Assembly (NCBI GenBank): GCA_951406725.2
Contig: OX597824.1
Coordinates: 3,534,001-3,598,000 of the forward strand
DNA from: Octopus vulgaris
Taxonomy: Eukaryota
Length of the DNA stretch: 64,000 nt
Direction: 5' to 3'
This document shows, piece by piece, positions 1 through 11,465 of the stretch (positions within the stretch are counted from its first letter, which is position 1; each line of letters begins with the position of its first letter). The notes under the pieces were generated by a model. The model ran no database searches. It saw only the letters and a list, made by a program, of their open reading frames with translations, and was not told where the DNA came from. The translations under genes and the position numbers were made by a program.

Positions 1-94
1 TCGTTTAACGTCCGCTTTCCATGCTGGCATGGGTTGGACGATTTGACTGAGGACTGACAAACCAGATGGCTGCACCATCTGGTTCGTCACAAAT

Positions 95-430
95 AATTTG
101 ACAATTCTGAGCATGAAAAACGTTTCCGAAAGTCATGGATGTTTCACTATATTTTGATTTTATAATCATGTGAACGATTGGTAAAAGGATCGGATTCCAA
201 AGTTGTTGTTGGAAGAATGGCGGATAATCTTGTGAGCTGCTATTAAGTCAACTGCTACACTCCGAAACCTTTGTGCCCAATGAAGCAACACGTTTAAGTT
301 ATGGTTAAGTGACTTGTGGAGAATATTTGTCTGGTTGCATGTTTCTGGACAGTTTCCAGTAGACTGATATTCTGGAAACAATGAGTATTCCAGACTAGGA
401 TGCAAACTGTATGAGTGGACATACGATAGC
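95..430 (-). mobile_element. Degenerate CR1/L2-type LINE 3' fragment
   Basis: Homologous to 39590-40080 (shared GAAAGTCATGGATG and TTGTGAGC..CAAGTCAACTGCT blocks). Confidence 0.5.
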
Positions 431-793
431 CATACATAGCTTTAAACAGGTAACCGGTTAGCAGCTGACGAAGGTTTTTGATGAATGATGTTAAGACATC
501 TTTAGCCTTTTTGATAGAGTTTGTCCAACATGGATCATATATAGGTGTGTATTTCATTAGAAACATGGTCACGAAATAGCTAAGACAGTAGGGTGTGAGT
601 TGAATGAAGATTTGGACTGCTATGTCTAGTAGAGTTCATGAACGTATAAAAAGGGAATCCGTCATTAGCTCAATATTGCAAATGCATGGATGTCACAACT
701 TTCAATTTCCATCTCGTCTGCAATAAAAATATGATCTTTATTTTAGAAGAGAAAGAACCTGGAAATCGATACATATTGTGGATTTATTTGATA

Positions 794-1171
794 CTAGCAC
801 TATGACCCGGCGTTGCCGGGTCATAGTGCTAGTGCATGCATATACAGCTGCGTGCGTGCGCACATACACGCGAGTACTGTCCAAATCTCCGACCAATCAC
901 ATACAGCTAGCTGGCATTCAATTGGCATATCAAGTTTCGGGCATTTTGATTGGGTTTTGGATAGAAAATTCACAAAAACGTCACTTCTATTGATTTTTTT
1001 TAATGGCTTTGCAGGGTGACTGGGAAAATGTAAAGATGTGCACAACCACCCTTGGGTGGTTTTGAATGACCATAGAAAGTGTGAGCCCTCTAACTGAAAA
1101 ATTGTGGATTTGTATAAAGGACACACACACACACACACACACACACATTTTGCCATTTATATATATAGAGA
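794..1171 (-). mobile_element. Non-autonomous Helitron, copy 1
   Basis: Minus strand reads A|TCTCTATATATATAAA...(TG)n...hairpin...CTAG|T: 5' TC, 3' CTAG, A|T insertion site, subterminal hairpin. Second copy at 46371-46739. Confidence 0.75.
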
Positions 1172-1509
1172 TTATTGTTGCCCATCCGACCAGCTCTGAT
1201 AAGAGCTTGTATATCATTTCATGCAACTTTACAATTCATTATGAGAAATGTGATTGAAATGAAATATCTTTTAAATATCTAAATCTATAGGTACAAGCAT
1301 GGTTGCGTGATTACGAAGTTTAGTTTACATCCACATGGTTATAGGTTCAATCCCACTGCACAGCACTTTGGGTAATTGTGTTCTGCCATAGCCTCAAGTG
1401 GATTAAACTTTTGAATGAGGAAAACTGAATGGATGCCCTTTGTATGGTTGTGTATGTGTGTGTGTGTATATATACATATATATACATGCACACACACACA
1501 CACATACAT

Positions 1510-2693
1510 AAAATTAAGATAAACAAAATTCTTTTTTAATCTAAAATATACTCTCCTTCATTTTCTGCAATACTCTTCCACCTATCTGGTAGACTTGCAA
1601 GCACCCTCCCCCCTCTTCCAAAATCCACTTGTTCATTACAAAAAATACTCCTCTAGAACTGTTCTGACCTTGTCTACAGAATTCATATTTTTTCCGTCCA
1701 AATGATTTTGAAGACAGTAGAATAAATGATAATCAGACGAGGCAATGTCTTGCAAAAATGGGTGGGACGTTTCCCATTCAACCTGCTCCAGCCTTTGGAA
1801 TGTCATCTTCACTATATGTGGCTGAGTATTATCCTGATGGAAGAACACCTTTCGTCTTGAAACCAGAGATGGTCGTTTCTCTCCTTTGTTGTCGTTTGGT
1901 TTGGGTTTAAAAGTTCAAAGTGGACTAAACCTTTCATATCCCACTAAACAGATAACAACACCTTACAAGGGCGAAGACCTTCTTCAGCCTGGGGTGCCAG
2001 TATTTCTCCTTTCCCTCCCCACTGTCTTTGGTGCTTGACATTTTTATAGAGAAGCCAATTCTCATCACCAGTCACTATTCAGTCCAAAAAAGGTTCATCC
2101 GTGACATATGACAGCAAAGAAGAGCACACATTCACTTTCTGTGTGTGATTAAACTCAGAAAGTTTGTGAGGAGCCCATTGACCCAATATGCTAAGTTTCC
2201 CGATGGCACGCAGGTGTCGATGAATGACTGAATGACCAAATCCAAGTTTCTCTGCAAATTACGATGGGATTTTGTTTCATCAGGGTTTGCAGGGTGTCCT
2301 TGTTGAGCTCTACAGATTTTCCAGGAAGAGGCTCGTCTTCTGGGCTGTAATTTCCAGCTCAGAATTTCTGGAACCACTGCTGACACAGGCTTACGCTTAT
2401 TGTCCAATCCCCATATACTCCATTAATATTCCTCACACTTTCCATTGCGTTGTTGCCTTTATTGAACTCATAAAGCAAAATATGCCAAATATGCTCCTGT
2501 GTCACTTCCATTATAGCTTTGAAAAAAATAACTGTTAAAATCGAACTGCACTCTTCAAAACTTGCACTAAGAATAAGACGAAGGTAAAATTACTGCCTGC
2601 TTTTATATCAAGTTGATGCAGGTAGTTTATCCAATCCCCCTCTGACTTTTCATGTAATTGAAAACAACCACATTATTTATGAAATGAGCCAAT
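1510..2693 (-). mobile_element. Degenerate mariner (Tc1/mariner) transposon
   Basis: Minus frames encode FHQDNTQPH...QDIASSDYHLF...LQNHLDGK (HQDNARPH/SPDLAPSDYHLF motifs of DD34D transposases). TIR-like TATTGGCTCATTTCATAAATAATG at the right end; frameshifts and stops. Confidence 0.85.
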
Positions 2694-3122
2694 ATATATA
2701 TATTATATATACACTCTTGCCCAGAGTTTGAACCAGGAACCTTTATGTTGAAACTAGTGAGGTGGTGGTGGGGGGCAGTAATATAGCTATCACTTATTCA
2801 CTAAGTTACTGACATCTACTGCTTTCCATCTCTAAAAGATGAGGTTAATAGCCTAATAAACCATAATTTTATTCCCATACTTATTTTGGCGAGAACTTAA
2901 TATCAAAGTGAACAGCACTCGTCACACTCCACAGCGAAAATAGTTAAAGCTAAACATCTGAACATATGTTCAAGGCTTGTATTATTTTCAATGGCCTTAG
3001 ACAAACAATACATAAATGCTAAGAAGATACTAACAAAATATCATTAGACTTGACTCTTCTATGAAGATATTAAACACAAGATATAAATAAATTAAACATT
3101 GTTCTTATTCCAGTCTACAGCA

Positions 3123-3153
<31 letters not shown>

Positions 3154-3627
3154 TTAGAAGTCTTCATGTAGTTGTAAGTACATGTATTGAAGGTGTGTGC
3201 TTGTGTGAGTGATTGAGTGTGTGTAAGTGTGATTATGTTGCCATGTGGGTGAGATTATGTTTTACAGGAAAGTCTAAGGAAAACACAAACAAGGATGAGA
3301 TTTTTTTTGTCTTTGGAAAAGGTACAACATGATTATGTGCTTAGCTGTTAGGTCTGGCTTCGTCTGGGATGGTCTGATCTGGTTTGGTAAATGGCGAGAT
3401 TCAACAGTATTTGGCAAGCTTTCTCTGCTGAAGGAGTGGAGGGTTACATCGGTTAGCAGCTTTTCGAAAAGCTGAAGGAGTGCAAAAGTCTTGAAATGAT
3501 TTTTATCAGAAAGTCGTATTAATAGAGCAAAAAAAAAACAAACAAACAAACAAAAAAAGAAAAAAAGAAAAAAGCAAACATGCATTTACACACAAACAGG
3601 TAAACTCTCATACATCACATTTGCAAA

Positions 3628-3708
3628 GATGTATGTATGTATGTGTTGTATGTATGTATGCATGTATGTATGTATGTGTATGTATGTATGTATGTATGTG
3701 TGTATGTA

Positions 3709-3739
<31 letters not shown>

Positions 3740-3900
3740 ATGTATGTGTTGTATGTGTATGTATGTGTGTATGTATGTATGCGTGTATGTATGTATGTAT
3801 GTATGTATGTATGTATGCATGTATGTGTTGTATGTGTATGTATGTATGTATGTATGTATGTATGTATGTGTGTGTGTGTGTATGTATGCCTGTATGTGTA
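3628..3900. repeat. (TATG)n/(TG)n compound microsatellite
   Basis: Directly visible tandem TATG with TG interruptions. Confidence 0.95.
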
Positions 3901-3959
3901 GACATGTGTGTATTTATGAGTAGGACTGGTGAGCCAGAAGGCTGCACCAGGCTATATGT

Positions 3960-4205
3960 ATATAGCCATTATAGATCGTTAGCCACTACACACATTTTTT
4001 CTCTCCTTTTTCTCTCTCCTTGTTTTTTCTGTGTCCCTTTCTGTAGAAGAGCATAGGCTAGAAATGTAAAAGCCTTTTTCTATTCCTGAGCGTTATACTA
4101 ATACATCTCTTTGTTTTGTACACCACCTGTCTTCGTCTTTTGTTTTTTTCATAAATTCTCCCTATATATATATGGGTGTGTGTATGTATATATATATACA
4201 TCCAA
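3960..4205 (+). mobile_element. Short dispersed repeat (probable Penelope pseudo-LTR derivative) with hammerhead-like motif, copy 1
   Basis: Homologous to 60995-61190; contains CTTT-CTGTAGA-A-GAGC-ATAG-GCTA-GAAA-TG-TA-AAAG. Confidence 0.5.
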
Positions 4206-4869
4206 TTCATATTGAAAACAGGAATAGGGAGGCAAATGCATTTAAATAAAACTGCATTCAATTCAAATGAATGTATTTCTGTTAATCTGACAGCATTGTC
4301 GTTGTAATTAAATAAGGAGTCCTATCATTAAGATTTACATTAGTGAAGACACCTGACTTAGTCATTAAGCTAATTGGCTTTTAAGTCTTGAACCTATCTT
4401 ATTGGTCTCTTTTGCTAAACAACTAAGTTACTAGGACATAAACAAACCGACACTGGCTGTTAAGCAATGGTAGGGGACAAACACAAAGCTTTACAATAGG
4501 CTTTTCCCAGTTTCTGTCAACCTAATTCATTAGCAAGGCTTTAGTTGGCCATGGGCTATAATATAACACAATTGTCCCTTGCGTCACACAGTGGAACTGA
4601 ACCTGGAGCAGCGTGTTTGCGAAACAAACTTCTAACAACACAGCTACTACTTATGATGAGCTTCCATAGATTTGGAAGTACGCTGAGCGTGAGAAGACCC
4701 GGCAGGACAAGTGAGACCATAACCCGTGGCCTCTACCTGGGATGTAGCCAGTCTAATTATGCATACCTTTTCTTCTTGGGACACAAAAACTCTGCTTGCG
4801 AAGACCTGTTGAGGCAAGCAAAATCGAAATTGAAATCAATCAAAAATCAATGGAAATTGTAGTTGTGAT

Positions 4870-5158
4870 ACCAGTGCCGGTGGCACGTAAAAGAACCATC
4901 CGAACGTGGCCATTGCCAGGCATGTAAAAAGCACCAACCTATTGTGGCCGTTGCCAGCCTCGCCTGGCACCTGTGCCAGTGGCATGTAAAAAGCACCCGC
5001 TATACTCACGGAGTGGTTGGCGTTAGGAAGGGCATCCAGCTGTAGAAACACTGCCAGATCAGACTGGGCCTGGTGCAGCCTCCTGGCTTCCCAGACCCCA
5101 ATTGAACTGTCCAACCCATGCTAGCATGGAAAGTGGACGTTAAACGATGATGATGATG
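4870..5158 (+). mobile_element. SINE-like family A (5' monomer array, (GAT)n tail), subfamily 2
   Basis: Conserved body GGCGTTAGGAAGGGCATCCAGCTGTAGAAAC...CCAACCCATGCTAGCATGGAAAG..GACGTTAAAC(GAT)n, present in about 20 copies in the window. Confidence 0.85.
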
Positions 5159-6351
5159 AATATGATAGATTTGCTCATAAGGCATTGACTTTGTGCTATA
5201 ATAGAAGACACTTGACCAAGGTGCCATGCTGTGGGACTGAACCCATAACCACATGGTTGCAAAGTCCATTCCTTAATCACACAGCCATGCATCAGCTTAA
5301 TATGATGTGTGTTTCAATAATATTGGAATTTCTTTGTAGTGAAACTGAAGTTTCCATTGTGATTTGCTAGTTTTACACCAAAAGATTTTAGTTAATGAAA
5401 ACTCAACAAGCATTTCTATATTGACGACTAATTAGGAAGTCCCTCAGCCTGTCTGTTCTCCTAGGCACTGTACCAAATAAACTACTTTGAACTGAATAAC
5501 CAGGTGAGTATCTTCACCTGTATATAACCATAAAATTGTTTGTGGCAATGTGGTAATGTGGCAGTGAGCCAACAAAGCAGATTTTTAGACAATTTCCTTT
5601 CCTTGTTCTTTGCTCTCCCAACAAATAAAATCTAAAGAGAACTACAACATTGAAATAAATAAATAAAATAACATTTTCATAAAATTTAAGCAAAAAAAAC
5701 ATAAATAAATTACAATGGAATTTGGTAAAATAAAAAAGGAAAATGAAAATTGTTAAAAGATTTTCCACATCTTTCTTTAGCCTTAAAAATAAAGAACATT
5801 TTTCAAGAAAGATAAATATTATCAAAAATAACATTATTCTTGGCATATATTCAGAATATGGTAAAATATTTAGCCATTTGCTGGCTTTAAAGAATTTCTC
5901 ATTTTCTTTGTTATTTTCCTCTTTCAAGTCAACATTTTTTTCCCGTTTTTTTTCTTCCTTCCACTTAGGTTAACTAAAACAAATTAAAATAATAAAATAA
6001 TTCGCTGAAGGATTCAATAATTTATTGAATGAAATGAGAATAAGTGATTTGTTGCAGCTGTTCTGACCATCTTAGAAAAAGTGTGATGGTTAGAATATGA
6101 AATTTATTGTAAAGAAAGAAAAAAGAAAAGAAAACAAAGAGGAATTCAAGATTAACTTCGGCGCCTTTCCAAACTTTTAGCCTTAAGACTTACTTCCTTC
6201 GTCATTTTCTTTTGTATAATTGCTTTGATGCAATTTTGAACTGAGAGCTACTGGTGGTTCTTACTTGAGAATTAATCCAGATGTTAATGAAGAAATAAAA
6301 AAAATTTTGATGGCTCATGTTCTACTCTAGCAGACAGAAGGCAAAAATTGA

Positions 6352-6536
6352 TTCATCAGCATCATCATCATCATCGTCATCATTATCATCATCATTGTTG
6401 TCATCATCATCATCATCATTATCATCAACATCATTGTCATCAACAGTGGCAGCAGCTTCGTTGTCATCATCTTTGTCATCAACTTCATCATCATCATTAT
6501 CGACATCTTCATAATCATTATCATCAACATTGTCAT
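6352..6536. repeat. Degenerate (CAT)n microsatellite
   Basis: Directly visible; produces the poly-H/S/D/M ORFs. Confidence 0.9.
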
Positions 6537-6538
6537 TA

Positions 6539-6770
6539 CCTATTTCTTTACTACCCACAAGGGGCTAAACATAGAGGGGACAAACAAGGACAGACATAGG
6601 TATTAAGTCGATTACATCGACCCCAGTGTGTAACTGGTACTTAATTTATCGACCCCGAAAGGATGAAAGGCAAAGTCGACCTCGGTGGAATTTGAACTCA
6701 GAACGTAATGCAGACGAAATACCGCTAAGCATTTCGCCCGGCGCGCTAACATTTCTGCCAGCTCACCGCC
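6539..6770 (-). mobile_element. SINE family C, full-length copy
   Basis: Minus strand GGCGGTGAGCTGGCAGAA (A-box-like)...GAGTTCAAATTCC (B box)...GCCTTTCATCCTTTCGGGGTCGATAAATTAAGTACCAG central domain; more than 15 related copies in the window. Confidence 0.85.
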
Positions 6771-8165
6771 TTTGTCATCACCATCACCACCACCACAGCC
6801 ATCACCCACATCATCATCATCATCACCATCATTATTGTCAACTTAGAGTCTTTCATGTACAAACAGATGAGTTCAGAAAATACTCCACAATTAGAATTTA
6901 TTCCTCCGCGTCCAGCAAAAGGTGAAACTGTGCACTCAAAGAGAAAGTTTCTATCTGGTCACACGACATGCTAGAAATAGCAGCCAATTCTCTATCAAAT
7001 CAAATCCCACTGTCTTAATATGGGGATAGCACATGACATAATGTAGTACTAGATTCACACCCACCAGCAGCAGCAGCAGCAACAACAGTGGAGGCACAAT
7101 GGCCCAGTGGTTAGGGCAGCGGAGACTTCAAAGTCACTGTCAAACTTTTCCATATGAAAATTGTGTGTGTGTGTGTGTGTGTGCACATGCATGTGTGTGC
7201 ATGCACACATGCACATTGTAGACTGTGTAAATATACATGAGTGTATATCTTTGTGTTTATTCCCTCACTGCCCAACAACTGATGTTGGTTTGTTTACATC
7301 ACTATAACTTAATTTTGCAATAAGAGAATCATTGAATACATGTTAGACTTAGTATAAGTCCTGGAGTGGTTTTGTTCAGCTAAACCCTTCACAGTGGTGC
7401 TGCAGTATGGCCACAGTCTAATGACTGAAACAAGTAAAAGAATTGAATTTGGTTTTCATTTGAGAAATATTTTGGCCCTTCTAAACATCCAGCACCCTCT
7501 TATGATCTCACAAGGACTCAAAGAAGGTATCACAATCCAGGTTAAGAAAACATTACACTGACACAAGAAATGTTTTTAGTTTCATCTTTTTAAAATCTCA
7601 GTTAAACTTTTATATTTAAGATGGGTTTTTTTTTAATAGTTAGCATTTTGTTTTTTTGTGAAAATACAAAAATATAACAAGTCTGTCAGAATTTTTAACC
7701 CTTTTGATACCAACCCACCTATGGGTCCCCTTTGTTCTCAAACACAAATTTTTGATTTAAACTGAACAGGATTCAAACCTTAAATCAAAATTTCCAGTCA
7801 GTTTTTGTTTCTGACAACTGCTTAACATTTTTTAAAGTTAATTGAAATAAAGGTTGAGTATTTTGACAGAAATAGAGTAAAAAAAAAAAAAAGGACGGTG
7901 TTAAGATATATACTGTCTTACATAGGTTTTATTTTGTATTTATTGTCGTCCCTTAAACTAATCCCTTGGTTAACAATAACTTCTACATGAAGAGTAGAGA
8001 GAAATGACTTTGTAGAATAAACGAGGCCATCTCTCTCTGTCTCTCTCTTTCTCTCTCCCTCCTTTCTTTTACTAACAAAAGTAAAATAGGAAATATTTGA
8101 AGTGACAGAAGCATTTTTCAGTTTTTAAGTCTATTTATGTTTTGCCATTTCAAAACTGTTTACAG

Positions 8166-8286
8166 GTAGTGAGTTACAAGAATATAAGAAAGCTTGTCAA
8201 TTTGAGAAAGTTAAACAAGAACTTGACTATGAAAAAAGCCGAAATGTTCATTTGGAAGAAAAATGTCAGTCGTTAGAGAAGCGAAG
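8166..8286 (+). CDS. GRAMD4: GRAMD4-like exon (coiled coil), phase 1 to 2
   Basis: ttacag|GT AGT GAG...AAG CGA AG|gtagat; encodes SELQEYKKACQFEKVKQELDYEKSRNVHLEEKCQSLEKR. An alternative AG at 8168-8169 cannot be excluded. Confidence 0.8.
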
Positions 8287-9033
8287 GTAGATATATTTCA
8301 GTTTTGCCTTTTAAATTTCAATTTTGTTTTAACGAAGATTCAGCTATTAATTATTTTTGAAATAATTGACCAAAAAGGAAAAGGGTTCTCACTATAGACT
8401 ATGAACCTTTTTTTTTGTTTGTTTGTTTCATTTTTGTAATTCATAAATAGGGCACACAGTGTAACGATTTTAGGATGTGTGGTATTCAAGAATTTCCCAA
8501 AGGCATTTGGGGGTAATACTCCAGCTTGGCCCCACTCCAGTAACTAAAACCGTAAAAAAAATAAAGCAAAATATTAACAACTGGGAACTATATATGAGTT
8601 AAGGACCCCAACCCTCGATTATCAAGAACTCAGCCCTATTCTATGACACTAGCTATACTTTCCATCCATGAAATACCCTCAGCCCAGAGCCTTAGTAAAA
8701 GGCACTTAACCAAAATGCTGCATGTTGGTATTGAACCCTAAACTATGTAGTTACAAAAGCAAACTTCTTAACAACACGGCTGTGTATAGGCCTTAATTCA
8801 TCATTCAGTTTAACACCACAACCCGGTTCATTTCTGCCTTTACCAGAACCCTTCTGTCCACAGTATTGTAACCAGGGTCTTGTCTAAGGTTAACTTGTTC
8901 CCTCCCTTTCTACTAGTCTTAATAAGGGTTATAGCTGCTGCTCTTTCTCTTCAGCCTAGGCAATAACAGAACCATTTAAAAAATTTTTTTTCTGTCAATA
9001 TAAATATATTTTATTTTTGTTTAATTTGTTCAG

Positions 9034-9140
9034 AAGAAAGGTGCAACGGAGCAAATCTGATGCAACGCATCACATTTCACCGGATGAGACAGACGCCAAT
9101 GAAGTTAAGGATCGTTCCCTTCCAACAGAAGATCGAGAAG
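9034..9140 (+). CDS. GRAMD4: GRAMD4-like exon (linker), phase 2 to 1
   Basis: tttgttcag|A AGA AAG...CGA GAA G|gtaaca; encodes RKVQRSKSDATHHISPDETDANEVKDRSLPTEDRE; phases fit both neighbours. Confidence 0.8.
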
Positions 9141-9269
9141 GTAACAGACTATTCCTTAATTTGTTTCCAATTCTTTCTTTTATTTTCTTGTAATCCAGAG
9201 TGACTATAAGATGGTAGAGTTAATCTATCACTTTGTTTAGCATACCTACTCAGTTCTTGTGAGCCATAG

Positions 9270-9706
9270 TGGCACCTAAAAGGCACCATTCGAGGGTGAT
9301 GGTTACCAGCATTGCTTTGCTGGCACTCGAGCCCCATGCTGGTAGGGTATTAAGAGCACCATCCAAGAGTGATCATTGCCAGACCGGCTATCTGGCCTCC
9401 ATGCCGGTGACACGTAAAAGACACCATTCGAGTGTGATCGTTACCAGCATCACTTTACAAGCACCTGTGCCGGTGGCATGTGTAAAAGATTCGAGCGAGG
9501 TCGTTACCAGTACCACCTGACTGGCCCCGTGCTGGTGGCACGTAAAAGCGCCCACTACACTCTCAGAATGGTTGGCGTTAGGAAGGGCATCCAGCTGTAG
9601 AAACTCTGCCAGATCAAGATTGAAGCCTGGTGCAGCCATCTGGTTCACTAGCCCTCAGTCTTTCGTCCAACCCATGCTAGCATGGAAAGCAGACGTTAAG
9701 CGAGGA
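9270..9706 (+). mobile_element. SINE-like family A, subfamily 1, with about 4-5 5' monomers
   Basis: Repeated GGTGGCACGTAAAAG(CACC) anchors followed by the family A body; near-identical to 15595-16000, 20046-20558 and 34240-34612. Confidence 0.85.
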
Positions 9707-9895
9707 TGTATGTTTGATTTAAATGATGATGTATGTTTGATTTAAACCATTATTTTGTTTAACACAGCACTTGGTCCTTGTCTTTCATCATTTTATGGTT
9801 GATAAATAAATTAAACATACATTCATACACACACACATACATTTCAATGTCTAAAGTAATTCAGTTTTAATTTTTTTAAAAATCTTTCTTTACAG

Positions 9896-10061
9896 TTGTC
9901 AATGACTTGACTGATGTAAATTCAATTGGTCCCAAGACGCGCTGGCAACGGATTTGGGATGCTGTTGTTGATCAGATCTCTGAAGTCATAAACGATTTTT
10001 CTGAAGTTCCAGAACCAAATCCAGAAATTGATTCTGAAGGAGATCCTTTAACTGTCCGAAA
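9896..10061 (+). CDS. GRAMD4: GRAMD4-like exon, phase 1 to 2
   Basis: ctttctttacag|TT GTC...GTC CGA AA|gtaagt; encodes VVNDLTDVNSIGPKTRWQRIWDAVVDQISEVINDFSEVPEPNPEIDSEGDPLTVR(K). Confidence 0.88.
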
Positions 10062-10344
10062 GTAAGTCCGCATTAATTTTCTTTTATGATTTTTTTTTCT
10101 TTGAGTATATTCCATTTTGTATTTATAAAAGAAATCCTTAAAATGTCTTTTATATTTACAATTCCAATAAGAAATGCAGTTGGGACCAAAACCATGTGGT
10201 TTGGAAGCAAACTTCTTACCACGCAGCCTCACCTTCACCAATCTGTATTTCCATACCAAATTGGTTCAGGGTCCAGAAAACCCAAGATTTAGACAGAAGG
10301 AGAGATTGGTAAAAGTGTATAACAGAAGCACTCATGTCTGTCTA

Positions 10345-10690
10345 ATAAGTCTGCTTCCAACCACATGGTTTCATGTCCAGTCCCACTGCATGGTACCTTG
10401 GGCAAGTGTCTTGTAATATAGCCCCAGGCTGGCCAAAGCCTTGTGAGTGAATTTGGTAGACAGAGACTGAAAGAAGCCCATCAAATATGTGTGTGGTGGG
10501 GGGATGTCCATTGTCACTATTTGACAACTAGTGTTGGCTTGTGTATATTCCCATAACTTAGCAGTTTGACAAAAGGAACTGATAAGGTTCATACCAGACT
10601 TATAGAGAAATAAGTCCTGGGAGTCAATTTGTCTAACTAAACTCATCAAGGTGGTGCCCCAGCATGGCCACAGCTCAGTAAGTGACAGAT
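10345..10690 (+). mobile_element. tRNA-derived CORE-type SINE (family B)
   Basis: CAGTCCCACTGCATGGTACCTTGGGCAAGTGTCTT (CORE-like ACCTTGGGCAAGT); body and tail match 57357-57755. Confidence 0.8.
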
Positions 10691-10713
10691 TAAAACCCCA
10701 GTAATAAAAGTAG

Positions 10714-10952
10714 AAGCACCAACCGATCGTGGCCATTTGCCAGTCTCTTCTGGCCCCTGTGCCGGTGGCATGTAAAAAGCACCCACTACACTCATGGAGT
10801 GGTGGGCATTAAGAAGGGCATCCAGCTGTAGAAACACTGCCAGATCAGACTGGAGCCTGGTGCAGCCTCCTGGCTTCCCAGACCCCAGTCGAACCGTCCA
10901 ACCCATGCTAGCATGGAAAACGGACGTTAAACGATGATGATGATGATGATGA
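10714..10952 (+). mobile_element. SINE-like family A, subfamily 2
   Basis: Family A body plus (GAT)n tail. Confidence 0.85.
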
Positions 10953-11324
10953 TTCACCTGATTTGACTTGAATTTGAATTGATTCTCTCGTTAATAAATG
11001 TGAAGATTTGTGTCAGAGAATCTCAGAAATATATTGATTTCCTTTATAAGAAACATTGTGTGATAAATCTAGTTGAGAGTGGATTATTATTGTTGTTGTT
11101 GTTGTCGCTATATCATATCTCTCAGCGATTGCTAAATGATGTCTGTGTATTTCTATGTAGAAACCGTTATCATTGTGATGTCACCATCACCATCATCACC
11201 ACCACTACCATCTTCACTATTGTCATCATTAGCGCTGCCATCGTCATCACAACCACCACCACAACCACCATCACAACCATCTGGTAACCAGAAACTGAAA
11301 GAAGCCCGTCATGTATCATCATCA

Positions 11325-11465
11325 TCATCATCATCATCATTTAACGTCCGCTTTCCATGCTAGCATGGGTTGGACGGTTTGACTGAGGCCTGGCGAACCA
11401 GATGGCTACACCAGGCTCCAGTCTTGATCTGGCAGAGTTTCTACAGCTGGATGCCCTTCCTAACG

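Noticed and set aside
3608-4056. MYVC/HTYI-repeat ORFs, and similar ones at 11341-11704, 20671-21034, 47774-48351 and 61876-62357
   Set aside because: Translations of (TATG)n, (TA)n and (CA)n microsatellites.
5514-5927. Minus-strand 137-aa hydrophobic ORF or antisense exon
   Set aside because: Low-complexity A/T-rich composition explains the F/L/I/K bias; no phase-compatible partner exons were found.
6317-6925. Poly-His/Ser/Asp/Met ORFs, also at 27379-27922, 55560-55947 and 62258-62678
   Set aside because: Degenerate (CAT)n/(GGT)n tracts open in several frames on both strands, with no splice or homology support.
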